64,000 bases of DNA. Origin: a virus. Positions 1 through 9,356 of the stretch are shown here, one piece after another. Made by a program: the position numbers and the translations under genes. The DNA lies in the IMG/VR virus record IMGVR_UViG_3300045988_117002; one strand, written 5' to 3'. The notes below the pieces were generated by a model, which saw nothing but the letters and a program-made list of their open reading frames with translations, had not been told where the DNA came from and did no database searches. Position 1 is the stretch's first letter. Each line of letters opens with the position of its first letter.

Positions 1-296
1 TCAATACTTACTTTCTTTCCAGAATACATTTTCATCCGCTTCATCTTTTTAAGAAATAGTTTCATTTCGTATCCTGTAAGTCCTACACAAGTATTTCCAA
101 TTCCTTTATCATCTCCTAAATCTGGATCATAAGACTGCAAAATATGTCTACCAGATTTTTTGTGTAAAATGTCGACTTTTTGTGTAAAATTATATTTCTT
201 ATCTTTTCTTTCATAGCTACATCCATATTTATCTTCTTCAACTTTTGTAAATCCAATCTCTGCTATTTTCTCATCTACTGTTTTAAATAATTTCAT
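1..296 (-). CDS. hypothetical protein (C-terminus beyond window edge); paralog of 18885..19145
   Basis: ATG (complement of 294-296) follows GGAGGA. Hand translation MKLFKTVDEKIAEIGFTKVEEDKY...VGLTGYEMKLFLKKMKRM shares EIGF and VGLT..EMKLFL.KM blocks with the 86-aa ORF at 18885..19145. Confidence 0.6.
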   Translation of the reverse strand, partial: MKLFKTVDEKIAEIGFTKVEEDKYGCSYERKDKKYNFTQKVDILHKKSGRHILQSYDPDLGDDKGIGNTCVGLTGYEMKLFLKKMKRMKMYSGKKVSI

Positions 297-331
297 TTTG
301 TGTCCTCCATATTTTAATTTTTATCATGATG

Positions 332-718
332 TTACTTTTTAAATCCAGAACTATACTCAAAATCATCATCATTGAATACAATAACTTCTTTATCACTCAT
401 ACCACAAAATTCCATTTCATATTCTCTGATATAATTATCCATAGATTTCTGATGCATCTCTCCGAAAAATGGATATGGAAATGTACTCACTTCATGGTTT
501 TTGACTTTATTGTAATCAATTCCTTTTGACACACTGATATGTTTATCAAATGCTTCTTCGTTAATTCTTACCCAGTCTATAATTGAGTTCATATTGAATG
601 TATAAGCTGTTTCAGATCCTCTAGTATACGAAACAAAATCAATTACAAAATCTGTCCAGGGGTATTTCTTGCTTCTGAATATCATTCCTGTTTTATATTT
701 CTCTTTATACTTTTTCAT
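332..718 (-). CDS. hypothetical protein
   Basis: 128-aa ORF from the track; 4-nt overlap with the upstream co-oriented ORF 715..1371. Confidence 0.55.
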   Translation of the reverse strand: MKKYKEKYKTGMIFRSKKYPWTDFVIDFVSYTRGSETAYTFNMNSIIDWVRINEEAFDKHISVSKGIDYNKVKNHEVSTFPYPFFGEMHQKSMDNYIREYEMEFCGMSDKEVIVFNDDDFEYSSGFKK

Positions 719-1371
719 TTACTCCTCTCATATTTCATTCTTCTCTCTACTTCTTTATCATTTTCCTCATCATTAAAATACTTGTAAGCTAACATCATAG
801 GATAATCAGAATCTTTAGCTCTTGGATATAACATATATTCACACCAATTAACTTCTCCATCATCCCTAACCCAACTTGTCCCTTCGAATAAATTCAAGAA
901 AACATTCTGATATGAATATTTTTCATTCTGCACAAAATAATCTTTGATGATTGTAGACTTATTATATCCACTGATTTTTACAAGAATATTATCAATCATG
1001 ACTCTTTTGCCTAATCGTACAAGCCATTTAATAAACTCTCTGTATGTTTCATCAAATTCTCTATCTCTCAAAGCAGCATCTACAACTAAGATGTATTCAT
1101 CTTGTGTACGCAACATTCCTCTACTTCTTGTTCTCTCACCATACCAATCAGTTAAATTATTAGTTCTTTCACCAAATTCATCACAAGAACAGGAACTATT
1201 ATGTCCATTCTTTTGAATTACATATACATCCATATCTTTCTCTGAACCAGAAACTATCGGTAAATGTGCCAGGACGGTATCAAGAATATACCTTTTCTGA
1301 GCTTGTGTGCATCCTATGGGAGATACTGTTATTGTTCCTGTTATGTAAGTCCAATATGACATTATAATCAC
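715..1371 (-). CDS. hypothetical protein
   Basis: 218-aa ORF from the track; overlaps both co-oriented neighbours by 4 nt. Confidence 0.6.
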   Translation of the reverse strand: MIIMSYWTYITGTITVSPIGCTQAQKRYILDTVLAHLPIVSGSEKDMDVYVIQKNGHNSSCSCDEFGERTNNLTDWYGERTRSRGMLRTQDEYILVVDAALRDREFDETYREFIKWLVRLGKRVMIDNILVKISGYNKSTIIKDYFVQNEKYSYQNVFLNLFEGTSWVRDDGEVNWCEYMLYPRAKDSDYPMMLAYKYFNDEENDKEVERRMKYERSK

Positions 1372-1553
1372 TCACTTTCGTTATTATCTTCTGGTTGATT
1401 GAAGTAAATTCTGTCGATAATCTCATAAACTTCATCAACATCAAATGTTTCTACTTCTGGAAAATATTTTCCGTTACAAATTCCACCGTGATAACGACTT
1501 GCATTATTATTCAACCTGTCTATTAATTCATTTCTAAATTCAACTGTTGTCAC
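1368..1553 (-). CDS. hypothetical protein
   Basis: 61-aa ORF from the track; GGAGGTG-type RBS just upstream on the minus strand; 4-nt overlap with the next gene. Confidence 0.5.
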   Translation of the reverse strand: MTTVEFRNELIDRLNNNASRYHGGICNGKYFPEVETFDVDEVYEIIDRIYFNQPEDNNESE

Positions 1554-1590
1554 TTTATCGCACCTCCTGAAAGCAATATTTCATATGTCG

Positions 1591-1764
1591 CTATATTCTC
1601 TGTTTTAATAATTTTGCCGTACTCTCAATTCTTTCAAGTAATGCCTTGTTATATTCATCAGGGATATGTCCTTTTAATAATCCTAATACACAAAATTTAA
1701 TATCTCCTAATTCTTCCATAATTGTCATCTGGTTTTCTAAAATTTCTCTAAATGCTGAGTTCAT
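1591..1764 (-). CDS. hypothetical protein (57 aa)
   Basis: Hand translation MNSAFREILENQMTIMEELGDIKFCVLGLLKGHIPDEYNKALLERIESTAKLLKQRI. Below the track's size cut-off; fills a gap in the minus-strand array. Confidence 0.4.
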   Translation of the reverse strand: MNSAFREILENQMTIMEELGDIKFCVLGLLKGHIPDEYNKALLERIESTAKLLKQRI

Positions 1765-1825
1765 AAAATAATCCTTTCTATAAATTTAATATTAATTTTT
1801 AATTATCCATTTTGGAAATATCGAC

Positions 1826-1854
1826 TTGAACAAGTCATAGAAACATGATATGAT
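1826..1854 (+). promoter_or_regulatory. sigma-A-type promoter on the antisense strand of the left arm
   Basis: TTGAAC (1826-1831), 17-nt spacer ending in TGa, TATGAT (1849-1854). Confidence 0.5.
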
Positions 1855-1860
1855 TTTCTA

Positions 1861-1930
1861 CATAGATCACTGGTCTTGATCTATTCCAATAACTCTACTG
1901 ATTGTCCACAACGTCAGTAGAGTTTTCTTT
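1861..1930 (+). ncRNA. candidate ~70-nt sRNA (orphan promoter-terminator cassette)
   Basis: Predicted start about 7 nt after the -10 box. Internal hairpin agatca/tgatct. Terminal 10-bp hairpin aactctactg(1891-1900)/cagtagagtt(1915-1924) followed by TTCTTT. No plus-strand ORF. Confidence 0.4.
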
Positions 1931-1970
1931 ATGTACAGCAAAGCTATTTATATATTCTCTAAATACTTCA

Positions 1971-2189
1971 TCAATAATCTCCCAAATATCCTGTGATAAC
2001 TTCTATCGTCCATAATAATACATACCATACAACAGGTGCTAAAAAGCATTTTAATAGTGAAATTCCCAATAATTTACCCGAAAATACCCCTGTTGCAATG
2101 GAAAATAACAGATGAAAGACGGGTTTCATGAATAAAAATCCCAATGAAATTATCACATTTGCTACTATTCCACCTAGAAAACAATCCAA
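1971..2189 (-). CDS. small multi-pass membrane protein
   Basis: 72-aa ORF with TTG start. Almost entirely hydrophobic segments (GGIVANVIISLGFLF, LLFSIATGVF, APVVWYVLLWTI). Confidence 0.45.
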   Translation of the reverse strand: MDCFLGGIVANVIISLGFLFMKPVFHLLFSIATGVFSGKLLGISLLKCFLAPVVWYVLLWTIEVITGYLGDY

Positions 2190-2226
2190 CCTAACTTTCT
2201 ACGAAATTTATGTATCTTTTCTTTAC

Positions 2227-2817
2227 TCATTCCTCTCCAATCAGCTCCTTATATACTTTTAATTTCTCCGCTAACTCAGGATTATCATTTGCATACATCT
2301 CATATCGCTTTGTCTGATCCATTTCAGTAATCATTTTATCCATCTGTTTCTTAATTTTATCAGCTTCTTTCTTACGTTCAGCTTTCTCTTTACGTTCTTC
2401 CACACGTTTATCATATGCTGATGTATCAACTTTGCAGATAACTTCTGCGGTGATATTTGTATTACATTCATCTGGTGTAAGAATTTCTTCAATTGTAAGA
2501 ATATCCTTATTTGCACCACTTACTACAATTTTGTCACCTGCTTTATATGTTTCTCCATCATCATAAATTGCATAGAAATATTTCTTTCCATAGCATCCTT
2601 CTTTTGTCCCTGCTACTGCATAATATCCTTCTAATTTTGCCATGTTATTATCCTCACTTTCAATTATTACAACATCTTTTTTATATAGGTAAAGAATTAT
2701 CCCATTGTCAAATTCAACCTGTACAATATCTGCATTTTCTTTAACAATTATCCCCTCTTTATAAAACATACCATAAACATTACCAATGTATTTAACCCTA
2801 CTCCCTACGCAACTCAA
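2227..2817 (-). CDS. hypothetical protein with Lys/Glu-rich coiled-coil C-terminus
   Basis: 196-aa ORF; TTG start 8 nt after AAGGTG; overlaps the stop of the upstream gene. Confidence 0.6.
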   Translation of the reverse strand: MSCVGSRVKYIGNVYGMFYKEGIIVKENADIVQVEFDNGIILYLYKKDVVIIESEDNNMAKLEGYYAVAGTKEGCYGKKYFYAIYDDGETYKAGDKIVVSGANKDILTIEEILTPDECNTNITAEVICKVDTSAYDKRVEERKEKAERKKEADKIKKQMDKMITEMDQTKRYEMYANDNPELAEKLKVYKELIGEE

Positions 2818-3608
2818 TTATTTACACCTTCTTTCAATTGTAATAATAATTTTACGTGGGTATTGTCGTGAATATCGACATCGAAATCTTGTTTGATTTT
2901 GTTAGATGTGAAAGGTAAGATATAATCTTCAAAATATATAATCTCATATTTATATGTAGGGATTTTACTAAGTAATTGTTCAAGAGTAATTGGAAAATAG
3001 TTTTCTCTCACTTCTCTATCCCAATTCTCTTTATATCTATATTTCATGAGATAATGAATCAAATTCCTGTTATCTCGTAAACTTCCCCATATTGATTCAT
3101 AATCCATTATCTGTAATTCGTCTGCTCGCCTGATTACTTTTGTATAATCATTAATATCACTCTGTCTATTGACTGATCTACTTACACAAAAATCTCTGAT
3201 AGCTATGTATCCATAATCATATCCAAAAACATTATTCCAAAACTTATCAATTCCATTAATATTTGAATAAGAATATACTTCATGAATCACGCTTGATAAA
3301 TTTAATAATGTTTTATTTGGGTTATTTTCTTTCAAAGATTCTTTTAAATCACTTACATATTGAATGTTTTCTAATTCATGAGGTGTCCTTATTCCCGCAA
3401 GAGAAATCATATCCTTGCTATTATCATATCCTATATATTGTAAATCTGGCATTTCACTATTCATTTCTCTAATTAATGTACCATCAGCACATCCAAAATC
3501 AACAACAGTGTTAATCTTCTCAATTTTACTCATCCAAAATAGTTTATCTGCGCTTGATTTCCCCATTCCTGATGTATAAGAATCATAATTCCTAATAATT
3601 TCTTCCAC
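2814..3608 (-). CDS. class I SAM-dependent methyltransferase
   Basis: 264-aa ORF with GTG start. SAM-binding motif I VVDFGCADGTLI followed by an acidic residue about 20 aa later (IGYDNS). No DPPY/NPPY DNA-MTase motif seen. Confidence 0.7.
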   Translation of the reverse strand: MEEIIRNYDSYTSGMGKSSADKLFWMSKIEKINTVVDFGCADGTLIREMNSEMPDLQYIGYDNSKDMISLAGIRTPHELENIQYVSDLKESLKENNPNKTLLNLSSVIHEVYSYSNINGIDKFWNNVFGYDYGYIAIRDFCVSRSVNRQSDINDYTKVIRRADELQIMDYESIWGSLRDNRNLIHYLMKYRYKENWDREVRENYFPITLEQLLSKIPTYKYEIIYFEDYILPFTSNKIKQDFDVDIHDNTHVKLLLQLKEGVNN

Positions 3609-3784
3609 TATTTACACCTCTTCTCTTCTGCTATTTTAAGCCATCTAAGAAGTTTCTCTTCTTCACGTAGCATTTTAGAATACATTTTGATAATCTGATC
3701 CTGTTCTTTGTAAAACTGTCTTACATACCTTGGAAAATCATATCCAAATAGCCACAAAATTATCTTTCCCTTAATCCATTTCAT
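3608..3784 (-). CDS. hypothetical protein (58 aa)
   Basis: Hand translation MKWIKGKIILWLFGYDFPRYVRQFYKEQDQIIKMYSKMLREEEKLLRWLKIAEEKRCK; its stop overlaps the GTG start of the methyltransferase. Confidence 0.4.
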   Translation of the reverse strand: MKWIKGKIILWLFGYDFPRYVRQFYKEQDQIIKMYSKMLREEEKLLRWLKIAEEKRCK

Positions 3785-3951
3785 GATTTATATTCCTCAT
3801 TAAAAGCATAATCACTACAAGTCCACTTCTCACCTCTATATACAAATCCATACATGCCTTTAAATTTTGGATGTGTATATACGTCTACGACTGCGCCTTG
3901 AACTTGTTTTGCCACACCTATGTTTTCTCCTTGCTTAATATGTTTAATCAT
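3781..3951 (-). CDS. hypothetical protein (56 aa)
   Basis: Hand translation MIKHIKQGENIGVAKQVQGAVVDVYTHPKFKGMYGFVYRGEKWTCSDYAFNEEYKS; ATGA overlap with the next gene. Confidence 0.4.
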   Translation of the reverse strand: MIKHIKQGENIGVAKQVQGAVVDVYTHPKFKGMYGFVYRGEKWTCSDYAFNEEYKS

Positions 3952-3956
3952 ATTCG

Positions 3957-4274
3957 TCACCCATTATAATTCTCTCCGTAGACTGCTATTTCTGGTTTAC
4001 CATTTTCATCCAATGCGTAATACGGCATTGTAGAAGTTGAATATGAACGCTCAGTATATACATACACAATTTTCGTGTCTTTATCATACACAAATATTTG
4101 ATTCGTAGCATTTCCTCTACTATCTGTATAATGATTTCTTTTAATTTCTATAAATTGTCCATAAGAGCTAACTTTTTCACCTTTCTCATTTATAACTTCA
4201 TCACCGCCACATCCACTAAATGAAAGTGTCAATCCAGATATAAGCAATCCAATTAATAGTTTCTTAACTTTCAT
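3957..4274 (-). CDS. lipoprotein
   Basis: N-terminus MKVKKLLIGLLISGLTLSFSGCGG: basic n-region, hydrophobic core, lipobox-like SFSG|C. Confidence 0.7.
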   Translation of the reverse strand: MKVKKLLIGLLISGLTLSFSGCGGDEVINEKGEKVSSYGQFIEIKRNHYTDSRGNATNQIFVYDKDTKIVYVYTERSYSTSTMPYYALDENGKPEIAVYGENYNG

Positions 4275-4510
4275 TCAATCACCATCCTTTTCTTTAGTTC
4301 ATTCAATAAATCTTCATTAGAAAGCTGCTCTACAATTTCTTCTTTGAAACACGTTTCAACCGTATAACATAACTCTCCATCTTGGTCTGTATATACATTA
4401 CTTATCCATGATGTTCTTTTAGATGGCACTTGAAAAATTGTCAATTCACAATCTTTCACCTGCAATGATGTGATTACTTCATTTCTGTCACTCTTTATTT
4501 TAATTTTCAT
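4271..4510 (-). CDS. hypothetical protein
   Basis: 79-aa ORF; AAGGAGG RBS upstream; 4-nt overlap with the lipoprotein gene. Confidence 0.55.
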   Translation of the reverse strand: MKIKIKSDRNEVITSLQVKDCELTIFQVPSKRTSWISNVYTDQDGELCYTVETCFKEEIVEQLSNEDLLNELKKRMVIE

Positions 4511-4561
4511 GCGATTACCTCCTTAAAAATTCCACCACCATATCATTTTTAATTATTCTAT

Positions 4562-4789
4562 TCATGTACTCTCTTCTATTTTTAATAGATCATATTTTTC
4601 ATGAATATCATTTAAAAATTCATTAAATATTAAATCAACTGCACATCCAAAACCTTCACAAAAATCATTGTTAATTTCTTCTGTAAAATATTCGTCATAT
4701 TCATTTTTCAGCATATATTCTTTAATGAGTCGTTTTGATTGTTTTGGCTTACCATAGACATATCTTGGTATGTGATTCATAATATTCAA
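4562..4789 (-). CDS. hypothetical protein
   Basis: 75-aa ORF from the track, co-oriented in the array. Confidence 0.5.
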   Translation of the reverse strand: MNIMNHIPRYVYGKPKQSKRLIKEYMLKNEYDEYFTEEINNDFCEGFGCAVDLIFNEFLNDIHEKYDLLKIEEST

Positions 4790-5243
4790 AATATAATTAT
4801 GAATATAATCTAATTTATAAAATTCATTTTCAAATTCCTTACTTATTGTATATCACTTCTTTTCTTTGAAACTCAAGTTTTAATAAAACAAGTCTTTCAT
4901 CTACATTTTTAAATTTATCACACTGACTCTCTTTCATTTCTTCTCCATGAAAACCCAATTGTAAATAACATTTATTAAGTATATTGCAGGTATCATAATC
5001 AACATAATATTATAAATCAATTCTATCATTCTTAATTACTCCTAAAACTCACATTTTATCTATGTTTTTGATATATTTTTAAAACTTTCAAATTTCATAT
5101 GACAATACGTTTCAAGTTTTGTAGCTATGTCAAATTAAATAGTTATCGTGTATATTACATAGCTTTTAGTGAGTGCTTAACCTCACCTTTCAGGTGCAAA
5201 ATCACCTGTACATTTCTGCAATGACGTGAATGAAACCACGCTT

Positions 5244-5411
5244 TTATCCTGTCTCCTCGAATATATTCCCAATCTGATGTCCAATCATCTTTCTATCCTT
5301 TATCTTCTTACATTTCGTGCATCGACATTTACCAATTACAACTTCTAATCCACTATAATCATACTTTAAATGTCGTGACTTTTCGATTAATACCCAATTG
5401 TGATTACACAT
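5244..5411 (-). CDS. small Cys-rich (zinc-ribbon-like) protein
   Basis: Track ORF 5244..5435. I prefer the ATG at 5409-5411 (MCNHNW...), 8 nt after AAGGATGG. Contains C..H...CRCTKCKK. Confidence 0.45.
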   Translation of the reverse strand: MCNHNWVLIEKSRHLKYDYSGLEVVIGKCRCTKCKKIKDRKMIGHQIGNIFEETG

Positions 5412-5991
5412 TATTTGTTCCATCCTTAGTATCATATTTTAGTAATTCTCCATCTCTATAAATCTTCTGTGAGCATACTTTTTTAATACATAAATTGGTA
5501 TCAAAATTAGATTTTAATTCCACTTTAGTTACAACAACAGGTGCAACTCCAAATCTTGTGCCGCAATAAATTACATCACCTTTCTGTAACATAAGACTCA
5601 TATAACCCCATGTTTGTGGTAATCTCCAAACAAATTCCTTATCATCTTTACTGTTAGGATGTTTCCCGTATACATAAGCAGTTAGTTTTTCCTTGTATGT
5701 AACAACGTGTTTAGATGGAATCAATCGTCCATACTTTTTACGTTGCTTATCAGTATAAGTATGTTTTCTCAGCGTCAAACGTTTTGCATTAACATATTCC
5801 ACATCATGACTTTTCAACACAAGATACATTATGTAACCATCTACTAAAACATTCTTCTCATCTACTATTATGTACCTATCCTGGTTTCCTGTTTTGTTAT
5901 AGTAATTCTCACACTTTTCATATTTCGACGCATTTGGTGTGCTGCTTTCAAAATCTGTAGGAATTTTAATTTCTGAAAGTTTCATTTTCAT
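5404..5991 (-). CDS. hypothetical protein, possible ParB-like N-terminal domain
   Basis: 195-aa ORF. The N-terminus IKIPTDF...RYIIVDEKNVLVDGYIMYLVLKSHDVEYVNA loosely resembles the ParB/Srx-fold pattern (..I.V....l.DG.hR..A). The assignment is weak. Confidence 0.5.
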   Translation of the reverse strand: MKMKLSEIKIPTDFESSTPNASKYEKCENYYNKTGNQDRYIIVDEKNVLVDGYIMYLVLKSHDVEYVNAKRLTLRKHTYTDKQRKKYGRLIPSKHVVTYKEKLTAYVYGKHPNSKDDKEFVWRLPQTWGYMSLMLQKGDVIYCGTRFGVAPVVVTKVELKSNFDTNLCIKKVCSQKIYRDGELLKYDTKDGTNNV

Positions 5992-6006
5992 ATGTATTCT
6001 CCCTTC

Positions 6007-8304
6007 TTATGCAACTGCTCCTTTATTAAATGCAATCAAGTCATTTCTCATATTGAGATAGTTCTTTTTCTGATCAACATCATATGTATTATTTCTATTG
6101 AAATAGTCCTTAAACCAATCGTCACAATCTACATCGTTTTGATAGGCATATGCAATAACTCCAATGATGGAATCATGGTTAGCGGCCTCGAGAAGTTTTG
6201 ATGAATTATCAACGTCTAAAGTAATCGTATCTAAATATTCTTCATAGTCCTGCACATCAAGTTCTGAAACTGCCTCATCAACACAATCCTGTACAAACTT
6301 TAATGCAGATTTCATATCAGTATGAATTGTGTTATCAATTACTTCTCCGCTCACATGTTCAATTTCAGTGTTTCCAATCGCTGAATACTCTGTTACTTCT
6401 GCGATAGCAGGTTTCTCAGGTGATTCTTCGACCGTTTCTGTATCAAATAAATCATCTTCAACGGTTTCTGGTTCATGTTCTTCTGTGATTTCCTCAACAG
6501 AATCTTCGATATGTAAATATTCTTTCATCAGAGTAAACAAATGATTGAATCTTTTTGTTACGGAAGAACGATCCTTTGTCCCTTTCTGACCATTTAAACA
6601 ATCGTATGTAATGCCATCAATTTCTTTATTATGTAATGTCTCTTTAAATTCCTGAATAAATCCATTAAATTTATCATCTTCAATGTCGTATTCTAAGAAT
6701 TTATCAAATAAAGCAAACCATAAAAATGAATTTTTATTATTAAAAATATCTGATGTATCACCTCTTAACACATTAAATAACTTCTCCAATGTCAAATAAA
6801 AATCAATAAATACTGATTCATTTGCATTTTCAGTTAAGTAAGCACACATTTTACCAAAATCTTTATCAAAATGGCTAAGATATTTAGATGTCATTATTGC
6901 TTCAATAATAATTCTTCTAAGTGATCCATTCTTAATATTCGTATTTGAATAACTTGACTTATCACAATCAACTTTAAAGAAGTCCATCTTTAAAATCTTA
7001 TCTACATATTCAGCATAGGATTCTTCTAATCCTAGCCATCCTGACTGAGAAACGTTCATTGGTCTACATCTGTTGAATCGTGCAATATCATAAGCAATAT
7101 CTTTCTTTGTACAATTCAAATTGAGCATTACAGGAACTTGATAATCTCTAAATTTGTCTTGTAATTCTTCTGGCAACTGAGAAAATTTCTTTCCACGAAT
7201 ATCAAACGTTTTACTTTCAGGTATTGGAAATCCATCTTCATTCAAAATTACATTTCCATCTTCATCTGTTTTGTCGCTCTGATATTCAATCATATATCTC
7301 TGTACATTTTTGGAAATTGCAAATCCATCTTCCAGATAATCTTTTAAATTTGTAGAACGCTGTTTTCCATCAATTAACCAATGCATTATAATTCCAGCTT
7401 TAATTTCTTCTGAAATTACAATCTGTAAAAGTGAATTACCTTGTAAAATATCAGAAATTAATTCACTTTTTGTAAGTAAACTCCATTGTCCATAAGTTCT
7501 TTGCAACGGATGGTTGTCTCTTAATCTGTGCTGCCTTAACTGTTTACTAAGAGATTCTATTGAATAACTGGTAGACTTTGTTCTTTCTGATGTTGTTGTT
7601 TTTGTTTCCATTGGTAATTCCTCCTCAATATTTGCATTCTCACATTCTTCCATTTTTAGAAGTTGTCTTTTTTCATATTCTTTCATATCAGAAAGATATG
7701 TATTATATTCCTTATCGGAGATATGTAAAATCTCTTTAATTTCCGTAGAATTACATCCTTGCATTATTAAATCCACAATTTGACGTTGCACAGATCCAAG
7801 TGAACTAATATATCTAATTACATTTTCTCCAAGATTTAACAATTCTCCAACATCAATACTACTTTCAATATCAAAATCTGAAGGAATTACATCAATATAT
7901 TTTGTTTCTCCATCATCTGTCATTAAATTATCTAATGACGTTGGATAAATATATTCCTTTACTTCCTTTCCATCTTCTTCTGTAACTACTATTTGACAAC
8001 GTTTTCCTCTGTTCTTACGTGTCATATAGGTTTTTATTTTATTTGAAATTGCAAAATACATAAATCCATTGAACTTATTTTCGTCAAAATCTTCAATTCC
8101 TTGTTCCAATTGAGAATTTACATACTTTGTAATCTCTAAATTTGCTATCGAATAGCATTCTTCTCTATCAAAATCGGTGATACCACCAAATTGTGAAAGA
8201 ATTTTATCTACGATGTTATGTAATTTTCTTGCTGATTCTTCTGGTTTATCCTCATTTACTTTATAATAAGATTCCAGAATGTCTTTGTAGTGCATTCGTA
8301 TCAC
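6007..8304 (-). CDS. sigma-70-like (regions 2 and 4) :: DUF262 (ParB/Srx-fold) fusion protein
   Basis: Continuous 765-aa ORF. The N-terminus has a region-2-like block FNGFMYFAISNKIKTYMTRKNRGKR and a region-4 HTH-like block LGSVQRQIVDLIMQGCNSTEIKEILHISDKEYNTYL. The middle has the DUF262 signature PLQRTYGQWS...ELISDIL...WLIDGKQRSTNLKDYL. The C-terminus is paralogous to the 59275..60252 protein. Confidence 0.7.
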   Translation of the reverse strand: MIRMHYKDILESYYKVNEDKPEESARKLHNIVDKILSQFGGITDFDREECYSIANLEITKYVNSQLEQGIEDFDENKFNGFMYFAISNKIKTYMTRKNRGKRCQIVVTEEDGKEVKEYIYPTSLDNLMTDDGETKYIDVIPSDFDIESSIDVGELLNLGENVIRYISSLGSVQRQIVDLIMQGCNSTEIKEILHISDKEYNTYLSDMKEYEKRQLLKMEECENANIEEELPMETKTTTSERTKSTSYSIESLSKQLRQHRLRDNHPLQRTYGQWSLLTKSELISDILQGNSLLQIVISEEIKAGIIMHWLIDGKQRSTNLKDYLEDGFAISKNVQRYMIEYQSDKTDEDGNVILNEDGFPIPESKTFDIRGKKFSQLPEELQDKFRDYQVPVMLNLNCTKKDIAYDIARFNRCRPMNVSQSGWLGLEESYAEYVDKILKMDFFKVDCDKSSYSNTNIKNGSLRRIIIEAIMTSKYLSHFDKDFGKMCAYLTENANESVFIDFYLTLEKLFNVLRGDTSDIFNNKNSFLWFALFDKFLEYDIEDDKFNGFIQEFKETLHNKEIDGITYDCLNGQKGTKDRSSVTKRFNHLFTLMKEYLHIEDSVEEITEEHEPETVEDDLFDTETVEESPEKPAIAEVTEYSAIGNTEIEHVSGEVIDNTIHTDMKSALKFVQDCVDEAVSELDVQDYEEYLDTITLDVDNSSKLLEAANHDSIIGVIAYAYQNDVDCDDWFKDYFNRNNTYDVDQKKNYLNMRNDLIAFNKGAVA

Positions 8305-8341
8305 CGATCCTCTCTGTTGATATGCTGTAATTATGTAATAA

Positions 8342-9073
8342 TTATTTTTTCTCTTTCGTTACGCCTTTCGCATAATCTTCGAGATATTCTTTAGACAAAC
8401 GTCTGTATTTATATTTAGAATTTGCAATCTTATCAATCACTTTCATGTATTTCCTGTTTTTAAATCTCTCCACATGGTATTGGAAAAGTTTTGCACAATT
8501 CCTATTTCTTTTACATATAGCACGTTGACGTTCATAATATTGCAATAAGTAACTAATTCTACTCATTGGCACTGTTCCCAATTTTGTTTCTTCATCTCGG
8601 ATAAAATGTCTTACGTCAAGAATTTTCAGATCATATTCTTTAATAAGATATTCCATATTCTCAATGTATTTCTCTCTATCAGAAATACAATCAATTACCA
8701 TCTTAAAGAAATTGCCGATTCCTATATCATTCATAGAAAGTTCTTTCTCTAAAGCAGTTTCTCCATGATATGTATAAGGATTATCATACTTTGGATTTCG
8801 CTGATAATCTTCATAGTAATCGTCAAGTTCCGCTAAGATACCGTTAATATCTTCTGGTAGTTTTTCTTCTTCAATTGGTTTAGGTTGAGCAGCGATTTCA
8901 GAGACTAGCTGAACATTAAAGTGAAATTTTCTCAATGGTTTAGGAAGATTCTTGATAATGTTTTTTGCTTTATCTTCTGAAAATCTTTCTGCAAGTACCT
9001 GACCGCATGTTTGAGGACTACCATTTGAATCTAAACGGATATATTGCTTGCCGTTTGTAATTAAGCAATCCAA
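8342..9073 (-). CDS. hypothetical protein
   Basis: 243-aa ORF; TTG start 9 nt after AAAGGGG; first gene downstream of the tRNA on the minus strand. Confidence 0.6.
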   Translation of the reverse strand: MDCLITNGKQYIRLDSNGSPQTCGQVLAERFSEDKAKNIIKNLPKPLRKFHFNVQLVSEIAAQPKPIEEEKLPEDINGILAELDDYYEDYQRNPKYDNPYTYHGETALEKELSMNDIGIGNFFKMVIDCISDREKYIENMEYLIKEYDLKILDVRHFIRDEETKLGTVPMSRISYLLQYYERQRAICKRNRNCAKLFQYHVERFKNRKYMKVIDKIANSKYKYRRLSKEYLEDYAKGVTKEKK

Positions 9074-9121
9074 TTTACATCGCCCCTTTCATTTTTATAA
9101 ACGTTATTTCTCCGTTTTGAA

Positions 9122-9195
9122 TGGAAATTGTGGGACTTGAACCCACGACCTATAGTTTATGAGACTATTTCTCTAACCAACTGAGATAAATTTCC
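9122..9195 (-). tRNA. tRNA with CAT anticodon (elongator Met or lysidine-dependent Ile2)
   Basis: Hand-folded 74-nt cloverleaf on the minus strand: acceptor GGAAATT/AATTTCC, D arm TCTC-AGTTGGTTA-GAGA, anticodon arm ATAGT-CTCATAA-ACTAT, variable AGGTC, T arm GTGGG-TTCAAGT-CCCAC, discriminator A. The 1-72 pair is G-C, so it is not initiator-like. No encoded CCA. Confidence 0.85.
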
Positions 9196-9321
9196 ATAAA
9201 ATACTTAAAAATGAGTACAAAAACTACGATGAAAGCCGACTTTCATTTGTAATATTTCTCTATATTTAGTTGTAATTAATTGGAATAATCGCAGAAACGC
9301 TATGATTAATAAAGATTTTGC

Positions 9322-9350
9322 TTGACATTTTTTGCCAAGAGTTCTAAACT
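9322..9350 (+). promoter_or_regulatory. sigma-A-type promoter (orphan, plus strand)
   Basis: TTGACA (9322-9327), 17-nt spacer, TAAACT (9345-9350). Confidence 0.5.
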
Positions 9351-9356
9351 AATTAT

